Below, one piece after another: positions 1 to 15,000 of a stretch of 64,000 bases of DNA. Both the position numbers and the translations under genes were made by a program. The notes beneath the pieces were generated by a model. The model saw only the letters and a list, made by a program, of their open reading frames with translations. It ran no database searches and was not told where the DNA came from. Within the stretch, counting starts at the first letter, position 1, and every line of letters begins with the position of its first letter. Origin of the DNA: Cenococcum geophilum (lineage: Eukaryota); the NCBI GenBank assembly GCA_050273025.1, contig CP158636.1, positions 9,486,001 through 9,550,000 of the forward strand, given 5' to 3'.

Positions 1-481
1 TAGGGTAAGGGTAAAGGTAGGGTGAAGGTAGGGGAACGGTTAAGGAGGCGGTTAAGGGGGCGGTTTAAGTTGGTTAAGGGGATAAGGTGTTCTACGTGGT
101 AATCTTCTAAAATAAATAGATAGAACGAGATGTCTAGTAGTCGTCGCAGATACCAGACAAGTACTCCTAGGTAGTTTCTCTTCTTCTCTTCAACTAAAAT
201 AGGCTAATACAAAAGGTGGATAAGTATAACTATCTTTTAATCTGCTATAAGGTGGACAATACAACTGTCTTCTAAGCTATCTGCGTATTTCCTAATCTAT
301 ACGCGCTTACTAATTAGTATTAGGATACTTTAATATAGTGCAATAGACGTAATATACGTGCAGTGCGGTGTGTAATTGGATTCTTAAGGTTTTACTCTAC
401 AATGCAATGTTGATAATATATACGCGTCTCGCGTAAGTCACGTGCTATGCACGTGACACGTGAAACGAATATATACCGACA
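1..481 (-). mobile_element. 5' LTR (318-481) and leader of a minus-strand Copia-family LTR element that runs off the left edge
   Basis: Termini TATTAGG (RIPped TGTCGG) ... CCGACA. The adjacent leader GCGTATTTCCTAATCTATACGCGCTTACTAATTAG matches the leaders next to the LTRs at 37040-37072 and 55667-55702. Confidence 0.6.
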
Positions 482-3400
482 CTATTTTTACGGACCTCTA
501 TTAGAAGGCTGATATCCCTAAATAGGAGTTTAGCTAAGCCTACTCTACTATGCTACGCGGCCTAGCCCTTAATTACTATTACACTAACCTTAAAAGTAAC
601 CCCCTTGGTGCTCCCTTTAATAAGCTATATAAAGCTATATATAACTACTTTAAAGGGCTAGAATATAAGCGTGACATCCTTATATAATAGAATGTAATTA
701 AGTTACGGACCGTAATTAATAAGAATACTAAAAAATCGACTATAGAGTGCTTACAAATTCTTATTAAAGACCTTCGGCACCTATAGTACGGCCTTAATAT
801 TAAGCTTTAAATAGACGACTTTTGTATAATAAACTTATTATGGCTTGTTAGAAAGTAGAGCCCTATAAATATACCTATTATAAGCCTATAGATACCCTAA
901 CTAGCCTTATTAATGATTTACGGTCCTCTATTATAATATATAAAGTCTTAAACCCACTAGGCAGTACTTAAGCCTTTATTACAGACCTATAAAACCTATA
1001 AACTAACTTAGACGCCTACTTTACGGACCGCCGCTACCGCTAGCAGTACCCGTACCGACTAAGTCCTACCCGTAACCCCTGTAGTAACTCCTATACAAAA
1101 GTATACCCCTATAAACAAACCAGCTAAAAGTGCTTTATATGCGGTAAGGAAGGATATTAGTCTATAAGGTATACCTAGGAAGAACGTAATAAGTCTAAGA
1201 AGAGATTTAATAATTGGATTAACTAGTTTATCTTAAACTATAAAGGAAAGGAAGCAAAGGAGCCTCTTAATAAGTTAATGGAAGCCCTTATAATTGATTT
1301 TAACTTAAATACTTAGGAATAGGAGATCTTAGAGACGTTCCTAACTACTTTTAGACCTTTTATAGATGGCTAAGCCTTTAATATTACGACCGTATTAGCT
1401 AACTGCTCCTTTATACACTTAATTACACCTAAAAACTAGCCCGTAAGCATACCTGTTAAACCCGCTATAGACGTTATAGACCGTAAATAGGACCTATTTG
1501 CATATATTACTACGGAACGCTATACCCCTAAAGAATTCTATAGCGTTATAATCGATATAGGTGCCTTTAAGAAGTTTACTATAGGTTATGGATAATACCT
1601 TGCATATAAGACCACCGTAAATAATAATACGGATATTAATACTATATAAACTGGGGCTGTAAACGTCTAATTTGGCATCGGCTTAACTATATTAATTGGA
1701 TTAGTTACAGTTAAGACCCTAATTAGCCTAGTTAACTTCTACGTAATAAAAGCGGATACCCCTTTTCTACTCTATCTTGCGGATATAGATAGGTTATAGG
1801 TTTACTACAATAATGTTACGGACACCGTAATTAGCCCCGTAACTGCCTAAGAAGTAAGTATATTACCCTACTAATTATACGACAATTTAGATACCCGTTC
1901 CTTATATAGGGAGAGACTTTACAGACCTATATTTAGGAATCTTTTAACTATAACCCGTGCTACCTTACTAGTACTAAAATCCACCGCCTGTACTACTATT
2001 TCGGCCATCTATTAGCTGAAAAGCTATATAGAGTCCTTAAACGCTTTAGACACGATAACGTTAATAAGAGGGCAATTAACTACCTAACTAAATACTGCTT
2101 CTTTTGCTAGAAATACGGATGTTCCCTAGGCCGATTTAAGTTTACCCTTTATAAGGATTTTAATTTTAACCACTTAGTGTATATAGACATTATGTATATT
2201 AATAGTAGCCTAGTATTATATATAATTAACAAGGCAACCCACTATTAAGCCGCCCGTTGGTTGCAAAATATATTTATAAAATATACTTAGGACATTTTAC
2301 GGACCTACTAGATTGATATATACGTTGGACCCCCTAAGTATATTACCCACAACGCTAGTAGGAACTTTATTAGTAAGGAATTTTAATAGTATGCTATGGC
2401 TATGGCTATTTTAATAAAAGCCGTTTTAGTTAAGGCGTACTAGTCTATTAGACTTATTAAGTAAGCTTACCTAGCTTTATAGAGAGCTTACTAGATTATT
2501 ACGGACGAGTGTAAGGATATCTAAAAGAAACTAGCTTTATAGATGGCTGTAAAAGCTATTAATAACACCGCTGGCCCTAATGGACTAGTACCTACCCTCT
2601 TAGTTTATAGAGCCTACCTAAGGATAAACAACTTAGGCCCTCTTGCCCCGTTTATTACGGAACGAGCAGCTATAATATAGAAGGCAATAGCCGAAATAGT
2701 TAAATTACGGGCTAAATAAGCTGTTAATAGTGCCTTATACTACCGTAACAGACCTAATATAACCTTAGTTTATAACCTCCCGTTTAATTCTAAAGTCCTT
2801 ATATAGCGTAAGAGCGGTAACTGGACTGGACCTTATTATTTACTGGCTGTAGAAGACGAAACGTGCTGCGTATAACTTCCTAGTAAACTAACTAACTTTA
2901 GAAGCACGTCCGTAAAACCCTACTTTTAGTCTAAAAATACCTATGCCGTTAAACTAGATAAACTAGAAGCACCTGCTAAACTAAATAAACTAGAAGTACC
3001 CCTGCCTACTTTAGAAGTCCCCTAGAAACCTATTAAACCTACTATAAAGCGCGGTTAAAGACGCCCCTAAAAGCACCCTATAACTAAGAACCCCGTAATA
3101 GAGAATTACCTAACCTCTATAGGTACATCCGTAAGGCAACTTTTACCTATAGATATATTAGTTCTAGTATAGGAAACACTTTTTACGGACTTACGACGTA
3201 AGGAGATTAATAGACTACTTAAAAAGGGTGTTTTTACGGCTGTAACGGAGAAAGATGTTCCGTAAGGCGTCCGTATATTTAACTTATGCTTTATTAACGA
3301 AATTAAGCACCCTAGTACTAATAAAGCCTTTAAAAAATTAAGGCTTATTATATAAGCTTATAATAACTAGGGAAAGGACTTAGTCCTTACGCAATTGCCT

Positions 3401-5181
3401 ATAATTTAACGGGTCAGCTAATAGATTATACTTACACTTATACTGGGACTATAGCAAACTAAATCCGTAGCCCTTTACTTACGGGATATCTTATAAGCCT
3501 ACGTGTAGTCTAATACTTACCTAAGTAGGGATATCTTTATATAACTACCCCTTAAGCTTAATTTATAACTAGAAACAATTTTATAAGTTATAAAACTACT
3601 TTACGGAGTACCGGAAGCTAGAAACCACTAGTTTAAGATATATTACCAGCATTACGTCCATAAACTTAGGATGGAATAGTTAACCTATAACCCCTGCCTC
3701 ATATATACCCTATTAAACGGCCTTAGTATTATTAGACTCTAAATAAATAATACCCTCTTTTTAGCGGACCGGACCTTTACGGACGCTAAAGAGACTAAAC
3801 TATAAGAAGTTAAGTTCTTAGCAAAGCCGCGAGAGTTGTTAACTAAGTAGACTCTAATTAAGTTTAATAGAGGATTAATTATATAAAAGGGCAACCTAAT
3901 CTAGCTAATTTAGGAACGCTAAGCTTAAAACCTAAGGCTTATTATAGCAAAGCCTACGGACCTTATTAGCTCCTATAAAGAGACCTATAAGACTGTAAAT
4001 ATAAAGGACTAATACGTCGCCTAGCGCGCAAGAGGCGCCTATATTGTTATAGTCTGCTAACCTAAATCTACCTACGATTTATCCTTTACGGCCCAGGCAA
4101 TAGATCTGTAAGAGGAAAATATTAAGCAGCTTAATAAGCGTATTTAGTGGCAAATTAATAATATAATAGAAGAACTTACTTTTGTACCACTAGACCTAAA
4201 TTCCCTTAGCGTAATAGTATTTATGGACACCTCCTTCACTAATAATAGGGACCTATTATTATAAATTGGCTTTATAATTGTACTTATAGACCGTAATTAG
4301 GACGTAAATATACTATATTAGTTATTAATTAAATATAAATAGGTAACCTGTAGCATACTAGCTTCTAAACTATATGCACTAGCTTATGGCTTTAATATAG
4401 TAGCCGCAATTAAGTTAATAATCTAGAAGATCCTATAATTAGAGCAACTACCTTTAGTCCTATACACTGACTTAAAGTCCCTTTACAACTGCCTAGTTAA
4501 ACTAGGTACAACATAGAAGAAGAGGCTTATGGTTAACCTAATGTGCTTATATTAGGCCTATAAACAATATAAGATTACGGAGGTTAAATAGATCAGCAGC
4601 GGAGATAACCTAGCAGACGCTATAACTAAGGCAAAGCCGTATTAAGCTCTAAAAACCCTAATTAATACAAATAAGCTCAATCTAAAGGTTATAGAATAGG
4701 TAGAACGAGACTAACGGAGTACTTACGGTCCACTTACGGCCCGTTAGAAGGCCGTACGGTTTATCTACAGCCCGTTAGAAGGCCGTTCGGTTTATTTTAC
4801 GGACCGTAAGTAGGACTTACGGCCAGTTTAGAGCACCGTTTAGAAGGCAGCCCAGAAGGCACCTTAGGAGGAATTTCCTATATATTTCTTTTATATTCTA
4901 CGGTTCTATTAAAGCAATTATGGGGGCTATATATAAGTGGGCCTATTTTTAAGTGCCGCTAGTGTATAATTATAGCACCTAGTGTACGAACGTGTATTTA
5001 CGCGTTTGGTGTACTAACCACTTATATGCTAACTAATTAGGGGGGAGGCGCGTTAGTATATAGACTACGTAGTCTACCTTAATAAAATCGACAGTCACCA
5101 CCATCTAAAAGAGCATACGATACTATATATATTTCGTGCCCCTAGATATAGCTCACTTGTATTATTAAATTAATATAAACA
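482..5181 (+). mobile_element. RIP-degenerate Ty1/Copia retrotransposon (gag end, PR, IN, RT, RNase H; probable 3' LTR ~4963-5181)
   Basis: De-RIPped motifs in Copia order: VIIDTGA (~1546), FGHPSAEKL and CxxC (~2000-2110), integrase core (~2180-2620), SRLVVQAYND/LRDISQAYVQS/LYGVPEAGNHWF/LQTDDTL (3340-3760), RSVLASELYA and TDSKSLYDCL (4350-4500). The 3' LTR limits are approximate. Confidence 0.85.
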
Positions 5182-5199
5182 CTTAGTATAGGCGTAAAT

Positions 5200-6800
5200 A
5201 TTATAGATATTAAGTATATAATTATTTAGAGGTTTCTAATTATAAATAGCCTAGGCAATGCGTAGTAGTAGATTAGTTAAGGTATATAAGGGAAGAATTG
5301 CACTAGTATAGGTTATATCTTTCTACCGTACTAAGCATTTAATATAAAGGGGCTGGATAAGCTAGGATAGAAACTACTACTATTATATATAGAGCCGCCA
5401 ACCTAGGCGCTTTAAAGAGGATATAATAGCTTACCTACTAAATATAAACGGAGTAAGCTTATCTAGAATACTATACCTAGCAATATTAGCAATGCAAAAA
5501 ATATTATCTTAGAGAAATCGGCCGTAAGTTATAATTCTATACCTACGGCTAATAGTAACCTTTTATTTTAAATAAGGGCTAAAATAGCTAGTTATAAGAA
5601 GCTATTGGCTAAATAGAAGGATATAGTAAATGGTAACTATTATTAAAAGGCCTTCTTTACCTTCCTAGGAGAGAATAGGTTACTACAAGTAGTTTTAGAC
5701 TATATTATTTGCGCGCTAGTTAATTAATACTATAATTAATATAACCCTTTACTATTTTCTAAGTTTACATTAGCCCCTAAAGCACTAGCACTACTTTATT
5801 GGCTAAGGGCTGGCACTTAGCCTAATATCATATTAGGGTTTATTAACAATTAGGCTATTAAGTAGGTAGAGTTAATATATACTAGCAAATATTAACGCTT
5901 CTCTATACTGTCGTCTATATTTATTGAAGAGAAGTATTGCTAGCAGCTTATATATTTATATAATAGGAAAACGCCTAATACCTTTTTAGAGATACTTATA
6001 ATAGATTCCCTAGAAAGTATGGCTTCTTTATTTATCTTATAGCGATATCGCGATACCTATAGCAATTAGTTAATTAAGCAACTAAAGAGTATAATTAAGG
6101 CAGTTAGGAGTATTTATAAGAATAATCTAGCGTAAAGATAGGTAAGAGGTGCTTAGGATAGGGCCTTAATAGTATATAAGCTGCTAGAGCAGCTATCTAT
6201 ACTAGCATAATATACTATATATATTTAGTAATAGGACAATAGCCTTACCGTCTAGATTACTATATAAAAGGCAGTATAGAGCGTAGTAGACCTACTAGCT
6301 TTGCTATTTAGAAGTTAGGTTACTAGTAAAATTAGCACACTAGGCTCTCTATTTAATACTTCACTTCTAGCTATACTAGAGGGTATTAAATACGTAGTAT
6401 AGGTACTTAAGGATATTTAAAGACTAATCTCTACGCCTATAATATATAGTACGTCTACTATAGGCTTTTAGGATATTACTGCTCCTAACGCTTAGGATAC
6501 TATAGTTCTTAACTTCTAAGATATAGCTAGTCTTAATTTCTAAGTCGTTACTATTCTTAATTCTTAAGTTATAGCTATTTTTAATTTTTAGCCTATCGTT
6601 TTAGCTATATCCTAGTTATAGGTAGTCTTAACGCCTAGCTAAAAAAGATAAGCTAGTAACTAAAGGGACTTATTTACTAAACGTTAGATAGTTATATAGG
6701 AGAGAAATATAAATATAGATATAGTACTTATATTTACTCCAAAAACTAGATTTAGGCGTATTAGAAAGCAATACTAAGGGGTAAAAAGAATTTCCTTATA
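5200..6800 (+). pseudogene. Heavily RIPped ORF remnant of unknown family
   Basis: A long frame (~5940-6640) is interrupted almost only by TAA/TAG and ends in degenerate 21-bp repeats (6470-6590). No recognisable domain. Confidence 0.3.
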
Positions 6801-8635
6801 GAATTATAGATAGAGATAGCTTAGGGTTTTATATAATAGCGCGTTTTAATTAGTCTAGGAGTTAGTAGGAGTTAGTAAGAGTTGGTAAGAGTTAGTAGGA
6901 GTTTATATAGTGGATTTTATATAGAATCTTACCTATTAATTCGCGACCTCTACTTAAAATGTTATAATATATTCTAATTGGCTTAGGAGTTTATAGGAGT
7001 CTTTTAACCAATCTAAGAGTTTATAGAAGTTTTTAAAGGTTTTACGCTAGTGACTTAATTAATAATACAAAGTAAATAAATATTAGATTATAAGGAATAT
7101 GTAAGGGTTATTTTGGCCCTTACTCGGCTGCATCGCCTAGGGGCTCTCAGGGGTCGCCAAGGCTAGCCTTCGGCTAGCCCTTGGCACCTCCTTATAAGCA
7201 CCTCAGGCTTGCAGCCCTTCCCTCCTCATCGGTTCGTCTTAGTACGAGGCTATTGCCTACCCTTATTACCATATCGTCCTCTTCCATCGACTCCCTATAT
7301 AACTCATGCTCGGCTTGCCTACTCCCTACCGTATACCCTAGCAATACTGCCTCACAGAATATCTATAAAGGTAAAGTAGATAAGCTAGTACTTATAGTTA
7401 TCTATACCCCTAATTTCCCTCTATAACACTAATACTAACAATTTTTTATAATTTTTTTTATAATAACTCCCCCTATAGCCTAGGTGCTTTTACACTTAGT
7501 AAACTTTTAATTAATAAGGAGGCTATTCTTACTGCTACCTCTACTCTCTATCTTAAAGCCTTGCATTTAGGTTATATCCGGTGTCCTCTATAGCTCTTTT
7601 CCTATATTAAGTGGTTAACTAAAGCTTTAGTAAATTAACCTAAGCTTCTAACTACTTCCCTACTTAAAGAGGCCGTTTACTAACTAAGTCTATAGCCCTT
7701 CTTACCCTTACTACGCTTATGCTCCTTCCGTCCCCGTCCCTATCCTTATTCTAAATCCCTTTTTTATACTACCTCTTAGTAATAATAATGGTATTAGCTA
7801 GTAGCCTAATCTATTATACGTTTTATAATACCTTATATCTTAAACCTTAGCTAATATAGCATATAGATTACTATTACTATTACTATTACTATTACTACTA
7901 CCTCCTCCTCTATTACTACTACTACTACTACCGCTACTGCCGCTCGCGGCCCTACCGCTACCTCTTACTTAGGCTAGCTTTACGGCCGCTTCACGAGCGG
8001 ACTAATAGTGACTTCTATAGAACTGGGCCCTCTATAAAAAGACCACTGTTAACTATATACCTACGGTTATAGCAAATAGTAGTTAAACCTCCTAGCGTTA
8101 GTAGGCGTTAAAAATACCTCTTATATTAGAAGGATTATAGAAATAGAGCTAGGTAAGCAGCTTATAGAAAAGAATTAGTGCTTAGCTTACTAAGTAAGAA
8201 ATAAGAGATACTAGGCCTACTCTAAGAAGGGCTTCTAATAGGTAAGCAGGCCCGGTAATGCCTCTACTCGCTATTATATAGTAGCCTGCTTTAGTAGGTA
8301 TACTTTATTAAAGCAGCGTAAGTCCTAAAGAGGCTTATAGTTGCTACCTCCTTCCCCTTAGTTTCTTTTTCTAAAGAAGCCGCTACTGCCTCCTCTAGGA
8401 GCTAGGAGTTTAAGTATAACAGTATAAGAAAGTATAGTATAGGATTAACAGTTATAGTAGAGACTGGTATCTCTTTATGGATAAGCTTTAACATTATTCT
8501 AATTAGTTTAGATCCTATATAGGTAAAAAAGCTAGTATGTTAGATAGGCTTAACTATAAGTTATCCTTTATAGGTAACTATAAGGCGTTATAAAAGCCCT
8601 TATTCTACTTCCTATCTAGGTTTAAGTTAAAGGGG

Positions 8636-9056
8636 TATTATAGACGCTTTAAGTACAATATTACGACTACTTGGAGAGGAGTCGGAAGAAGCTAGTTAGT
8701 TAATATAAGCACGGTCTAGAATGGAACCCATAGAACTATATAACGAGGAATAGTAAGTAGAGTCACGTGATGTAATCTATATAATCTATATAATCTGCAA
8801 GATCTGTAACAGAGCGAATAGAGCAAATAGAGCAGATAGAGCAACAACTTTCTTAGAAATACGGTTGTGTATTTAAGGACCCTTAATCCCTACCTAGATA
8901 GTTCTTTCCTTGTAGTAATTCTTAGAATATAATTAAAGTTAATTTATTAGGCAACCACTCTACTAGTTATTATTACGTTATTAACTTACTTATAATACCT
9001 ATATACCTAGCCCATTAACGAGTCCACCATAGTTCTTACTACAAGGCTCTGTTATA
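8636..9056 (+). repeat. Gypsy 5' LTR
   Basis: Direct repeat of 16244-16664; the differences seen are C/T and G/A transitions. Confidence 0.95.
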
Positions 9057-12000
9057 TAATCACTACTATAGTTACGGTTTTAATAAGTTAAACAACATGC
9101 CACCAAAAGCAGCCACCACAACACCATTAACGGCGGCAACTACGTCAGGATTAGGTAACAACACCAGTATGGCAAACACTAACTCATAATAACCTATAAC
9201 AGTAGAACAGTTATAAGCAATAGTTAATCAGTTAACAGGAGATAATGCGGCACTTAAAAATAGGATTAATAGGATAGGAGCAGCAAAGGTTAAGTTACCA
9301 TTAATTAAAAGATTCTTAGGAGAGAGATTAAAGCTTAAAGGATTCCTTACGCAAATATACTTTAAGGTTACATAAGAAGGAGCAAAGCTAGCAACAACTA
9401 TAGATTAAGTAGCATATACAGGATTGTTCTTATTAGGAAGAGTACTTAAATAGTTTAAGCCTTACCTTACAGAGATATAAGTAAATAAAATAATAACAAT
9501 AAACCAAGAAGTACGGTTTATATTCTTAAGCTAGAACGGATTCGTAGAGTAACTTACACAAATATTCGGGGACCCGGAAGCGACAACTATAGCAAAAAGA
9601 AAGCTTCAGGACTTAATACAACGAACTTCAGCAATTAAGTATATAATATAATTCTAAACGCTAGCTATATAACTTAAGTGGAACGACAAGGCGCTTATGG
9701 CATAGTATAAATAGGGACTTAAAGCTAAAGTCCAGAATGTAATTATTCTAATAGAAGATACGGACACCCTAAGGGAATTAATAAATTAAGCAATTAAGAT
9801 TAATAATAGGATCTTCTAAAGGGAACAGGCTAAGAGGGGCTAGGACAGAGTCCTATAGTCGTATAAAATATAAAGCACGCAACGACCAAAGCTAAATTAG
9901 AAACTATAGTATGGCGCAGAGCTAATGGACCTAAGTGGTACCAAAGAAACCTATAAGAGATAGAGTAAGAAACTATAGAAACCTAAAGGTTAAGGATTAA
10001 GTAATTATAGAACTAAGGAGCATAGGCTAAACCAAGGATCTTAGTAATAGAAGACGTTTAAGCGAACTCTATAGCAAAAATAATAGTTTAAAGATGGAGC
10101 TTATATAAATTATAGAAAATAAGGTCATTTTGCTAAAGACTATAGAAGTGGTTAGAGTTATTATATAGTAAAGGGAACTAGGCTAGTAGTATATAATACA
10201 CACGTATAGAGGGATAATAGTACGCTACAAGGAACAAAAGAATATTTAATTAGAAGTTTTACGTTTTATTACAATAACGCATACCGAATTTATAAAGACG
10301 CTAAGTATGGTGCAAGCTATTGGCCACAAGAGCCAGAGTTAAGAGGACTTAAAGGAACTAAAGAGTTAGACGAAAATTAAGATCGACTCTACAAGCTAGA
10401 TTAAGATGTTACAGCAATATATAGATAAAGATTAGCAATAATAATAATAGAGTCGGAGTACTTATTAATTAACAGTGATAAGGATAGTAAAGGAACTAAC
10501 TAAGGGTATCTAAACCTTAATAACGCAATAGAAGTAGAGACTAAGACCGCTATAGAGTAAGGTTTAGTAACGGGCATTATAACACCATTAGATACGGCAT
10601 CTATCGCTTTATAAGACGGAAGGAGTAATATCTAGAGACGATTAAGCAAGCAGACGACTGCTAGTGCTAGCTCACCGCTTGATAAAGGCAAAAGGCTAAA
10701 GGCTTAAGATTCTTAAGACAAGATAAGAGACGACCAAGATTCTTAAGATAAGATAAGGCATACTTAGAAACCTATAATGGACAATAACCAATAGAGTAAA
10801 GCAGCAGCTTAGTTTAAGGATATATAAATAAGCTTAGGACAAGTATTCCCAACGGCATAAGACTCTTAAGATAAGATAAGTAAGATTTAGGACTCTTAAG
10901 ACAAGATAAGGACACTAGTAAAGCCTAGTTGGACTAAGGCTAGAGCTAAGCTCAAGCTAGAAGCAAGCTCAGGATTAAAAAATCTAAGGGATTAAGAATT
11001 CGGAGTACGAATTAGAACACCCAGAAGCAAGAGGCAAGGAGCTTCTTTATAGATCAGAGAATCTATAATACAAATAGTAGTTAGACTAGGAGATAGACAC
11101 ATAGACCTAGAGGACTTACTAGTCAAATAAGACGTTTAGACTAAAGATTGAGAGTTTAATACCGAGATTAAGAAGCAAGAAGACTTTAAGGATCCACTCG
11201 CAAGATGTAAAAAAAAAGAAACCATAAAGGAGTTTAAGGCGAGGATTACCTTATAGCAAGAATAGAAACTAGACAAAAGATCTAGCACGTTAGGACGTAT
11301 AAAGGACAGAGTACCTATATAAAGGATCACTAACAGACCAAGAGTAGGCACACTGAGAGCCAAATGGCTTACTAAACTGGAAAGTAAAGAGGATTTAGGG
11401 ATTCCTATTAGGTTCAAAGAACGATATATAAAGGGCTGTTATAACGCAGTAATAAGAAGATACTTCCTTATAAATAAGCCGTATACACTTTAGTAGCTGT
11501 ACTAAAAGTGGTATAGATAGCGATACAATAATAAATGGGAAGATTTCTATATATAGTTGGACGAAAAAGTTATCTAAGACTACCTAATTACGGAAAAAGT
11601 GATAAACTATATTAAGGGAGTATTAATTATAACATTAAAGGATCTAGAGGAATGGTTAGAAGACTAGAGAAGCGAGAGATGTATCTTAGTACCTGTAAAT
11701 AAAGTCGTAACGTTTAGATTAGCATAATAAAGGTTTAAACTTAAGGACGAAGACAAATTAAGAGTTAACCTAAAGCACCTAGTATACTACACGCTATTAT
11801 AGATTGCATATATAGACGATATATGTAAGATGCACAAAAATCCAAAGGAAAAAAATCGGAAATACCCTATAAGGATATACTGGATGATAGATAAACAATA
11901 GTATAGGAATACTAAGTATATACACGGATAGCATCTAGCAGAAGTCTAAGAGGAGGGAGATTTAATACTTTAACTAGGAAGATTCCTCACAAAAAAATGC

Positions 12001-15000
12001 TTAGATGGACGATAATAGTGGGAATATTTAGAGAATACCTGTCTATGGTATATTAAAGACAAAAAGCGAACTAGGTATTAGCTAAAGAATAAGCCAAATA
12101 TAATAGGATTAAGCAGCTAATAGTTAGGAAAAGTAGAGGCCTATAGGACTAAAGGGAGCCAGTAGTAAAGCCTTAGACCCTTAAAGGAATTTAAGAATAA
12201 TACCTAAACCTAAGAATTAAATGGCAAGATTAACAGTTTAAAGTATTAGTAGATAGTAGGGCAATAAGGAACTATATCTTACTAACAGTAGTTAAAAGGA
12301 TGGGGCTACTATATAGGTAGAAAGAGCACCCTTACCTATTAGTAATAATTTTAGGAGATCCGATAGCCTATAGAGAAGGTATTATTAATCTTAAAATAGG
12401 ACCAGTTTAGATAACTATTAAAGGAAGATAGATTAAGATATCTTTTAATATATTACCATTAGGGAATAATAAGGCAGTATTAGGAATGCCTTAGTTATAG
12501 GAATATAATCTAAAGATTGATTGGGTTATAGGTTAGGTTAATATTAGAGATATATAATAACGCAAGATGTGATAACAAACTAAGTTAGTATGGTACTAAG
12601 TTGGAGCGATATACGAGGAGACTAATTAAGGATTAAGCTATGTATCAAAAAGATACCATAAGTATAGCAAAAAGCTATGGTCACTAGAAAGCGAAAAGCT
12701 GTTAAATTATATAGCATAGGACTATAAGATAGAATTAAAACCAGGAATAAGTCTAAGGTTCTACCTAACTTATAAGTTAATAGAAAAGGAGTTATAAGCA
12801 CTTAAGAAGTTTGTCTAGGAAAATCTTTAAAAAGGATATATCAGACCATCGCAGTTATTAGTGGGATATCCAGTACTGTTCGTACTAAAGAAGAATGGAA
12901 AACTTAGACTATGTATTAACTATAAATAGTTAAATAGCATTACTAGGAAGGATAGGTATCCTTTACCCTTAATTAGCGAAATCTAAGATAGGATTGGTAA
13001 TGCGCAAATCTTTACGAAGATAGATCTAAGATAGGCGTACTATTAGATTAGAATTAAGGAAGGCGATAAATAGAAGGCAGCCTTTAGGTTAAAGGAAGGA
13101 TTATACAAACCATTAGTTATACAATTTAGGCTTATAAACGCACTAGTAATATTTCAGAAGCGCATTAACAATATATTAAGAGAATATTTGGATGAATTTA
13201 TTATAGTATACCTTAATAATATTATTATCTACTTAATAAGTAAGGAAGAACATGGAGAACACGTTAAATGGGTCCTAAAAAGACTATAAGAAGAACAGAT
13301 GCTAGTAGTAATTAAGAAATGCGAGTTCTTTACTAAAAAGACCAATTTCGTCGGATTTATTATTAAACTAGGCTAACTTAGTATAGATCTAAAAAAGATT
13401 AAAGCTATAGTGAATTGGTAAGAACTAGAGAATGTAATATAGTTAAGGTTATTTCTAGAGTTTTACAATTACTGCAGAAGGTTTATAGCTTAATGGTTAA
13501 AGAATATTAAGCTACTTATGAGATTAATAAAGAAGGAAGAACTATAAACATAGGAAGAAAAATAAAAGGAACTGTTTAAAAGGATTAAATAGCTGTTTAC
13601 CTAGGAGCCAGTTCTTAAAATCTATTAACCGTAGTTAGAGATAGTAGTTAAAACGGATGCATTAGATTATGCACTAGGGGCGTACTTCCTGCAGAAATAT
13701 TAAGATGGATGGCACCCAGTGGTATACTATAGTTAAAAGATAATACTACCAGAACTAAACTATAACATCTATAATAAGGAGTTATTAGGTATAGTTATAG
13801 CACTAAGGGAATAAAGGTCATTCTTACAAGGCATAGAAAAACTATTTATAGTTAAGACGGATTATAAGAACCTAATGGGGTTCCTAATAATAAAAGAACT
13901 TAACCACAGATAGGTTAGATAGGCAGAGATACTTATAGAATACTATTTTAAGATTTAGCATATTAAGGGTATAAAGAACGCACGAGCAGATACTCTAAGC
14001 AGAAAGGCTAAACTATAAAATAATAAAAAGCCATTAGGGGCTTTGTTGCGAAGGGACGCAGATAAATTAATTAGGTATAATTATCCAAAGATCGCGGCAA
14101 TATAAGAAGAGAAAACCTACAAATTACTAGAAAGTAATTAGATATAAAAGATCCTAGACGCATAAATAGAGGATCTAGACTTAGAGTAGTACGAAAATTA
14201 AGAAGTGATGTATGTACTAAGATCTATTATAAAAGAGTTTATTAAGTTATTTTATAAAGGACCAACTTAAGGATATAATGGAGCTACAGGCTTAGTGTTA
14301 AGACTTTAAAAGGAGTATATTATTAATAAAATCTAAGGACTAGCTAGGTAAGTTATAAAAGAATGTCTAAATTGCTAAAGGAATAAACTAACAAGGTATA
14401 AGCTATATAGAGAGCTATAACCTGTTAAAATGCCAGAGAGACTATAGAAAGTTATATTATAGGACTTTATTATTAAGTTACTAAAGTTAAGAAACCCTAT
14501 TACCGGACAAGATTATAACGCAATCTTAGTAATAATAGATAAGCTTATAAAGTAGGGATACTTTATAGCATGTACAGAAGAAATATTAGCGGAAGATATT
14601 GCTAGAATCTATATTAAAGAAGTATTTGTAAGATATAGAGCACTAAGCAAGATTATATTAAACAGAGATCTAAGATTTATAGCAGTATTCTAGGAAGTAT
14701 TCTTAGTAGAGCAAGGAGTTTAAGCAGTAACTTTTACCGTATATTATCTACAGACAGACGGTTAAATAGAAAGATTAAATTAGACACTAGAACAGTATCT
14801 AAGGCATTACGTTAATTATATATAGAATAATTAGGTATCGCTATTACTAGTTATATAATTTATATATAATGCAATACTATAAAAAGAAATGGGTATGTTA
14901 CTATTTAAAGCGAATTATAGGTATAAGCTAAGGACCTTATTATCGCTATATTAAGTAAAGAAGATAAGTAGTACAGCTAAGTAAAGAATAAAGAGTTTAA

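Noticed and set aside
1..80. TAGGG/TAAGGG runs resembling telomere repeats
   Set aside because: Irregular, not (TTAGGG)n. Similar Pro/Tyr-coding G-rich runs occur inside the related element at 36545-36670.
482..4810. Frequent TTACGGAC(CGTA) words in the first Copia
   Set aside because: Mostly ACG-GAC codon pairs that survive RIP; enrichment cannot be shown without a count against a null model.
5182..8630. Starship captain or other named giant-element gene
   Set aside because: No recognisable tyrosine-recombinase motifs; kept only as a test under the scaffold finding.
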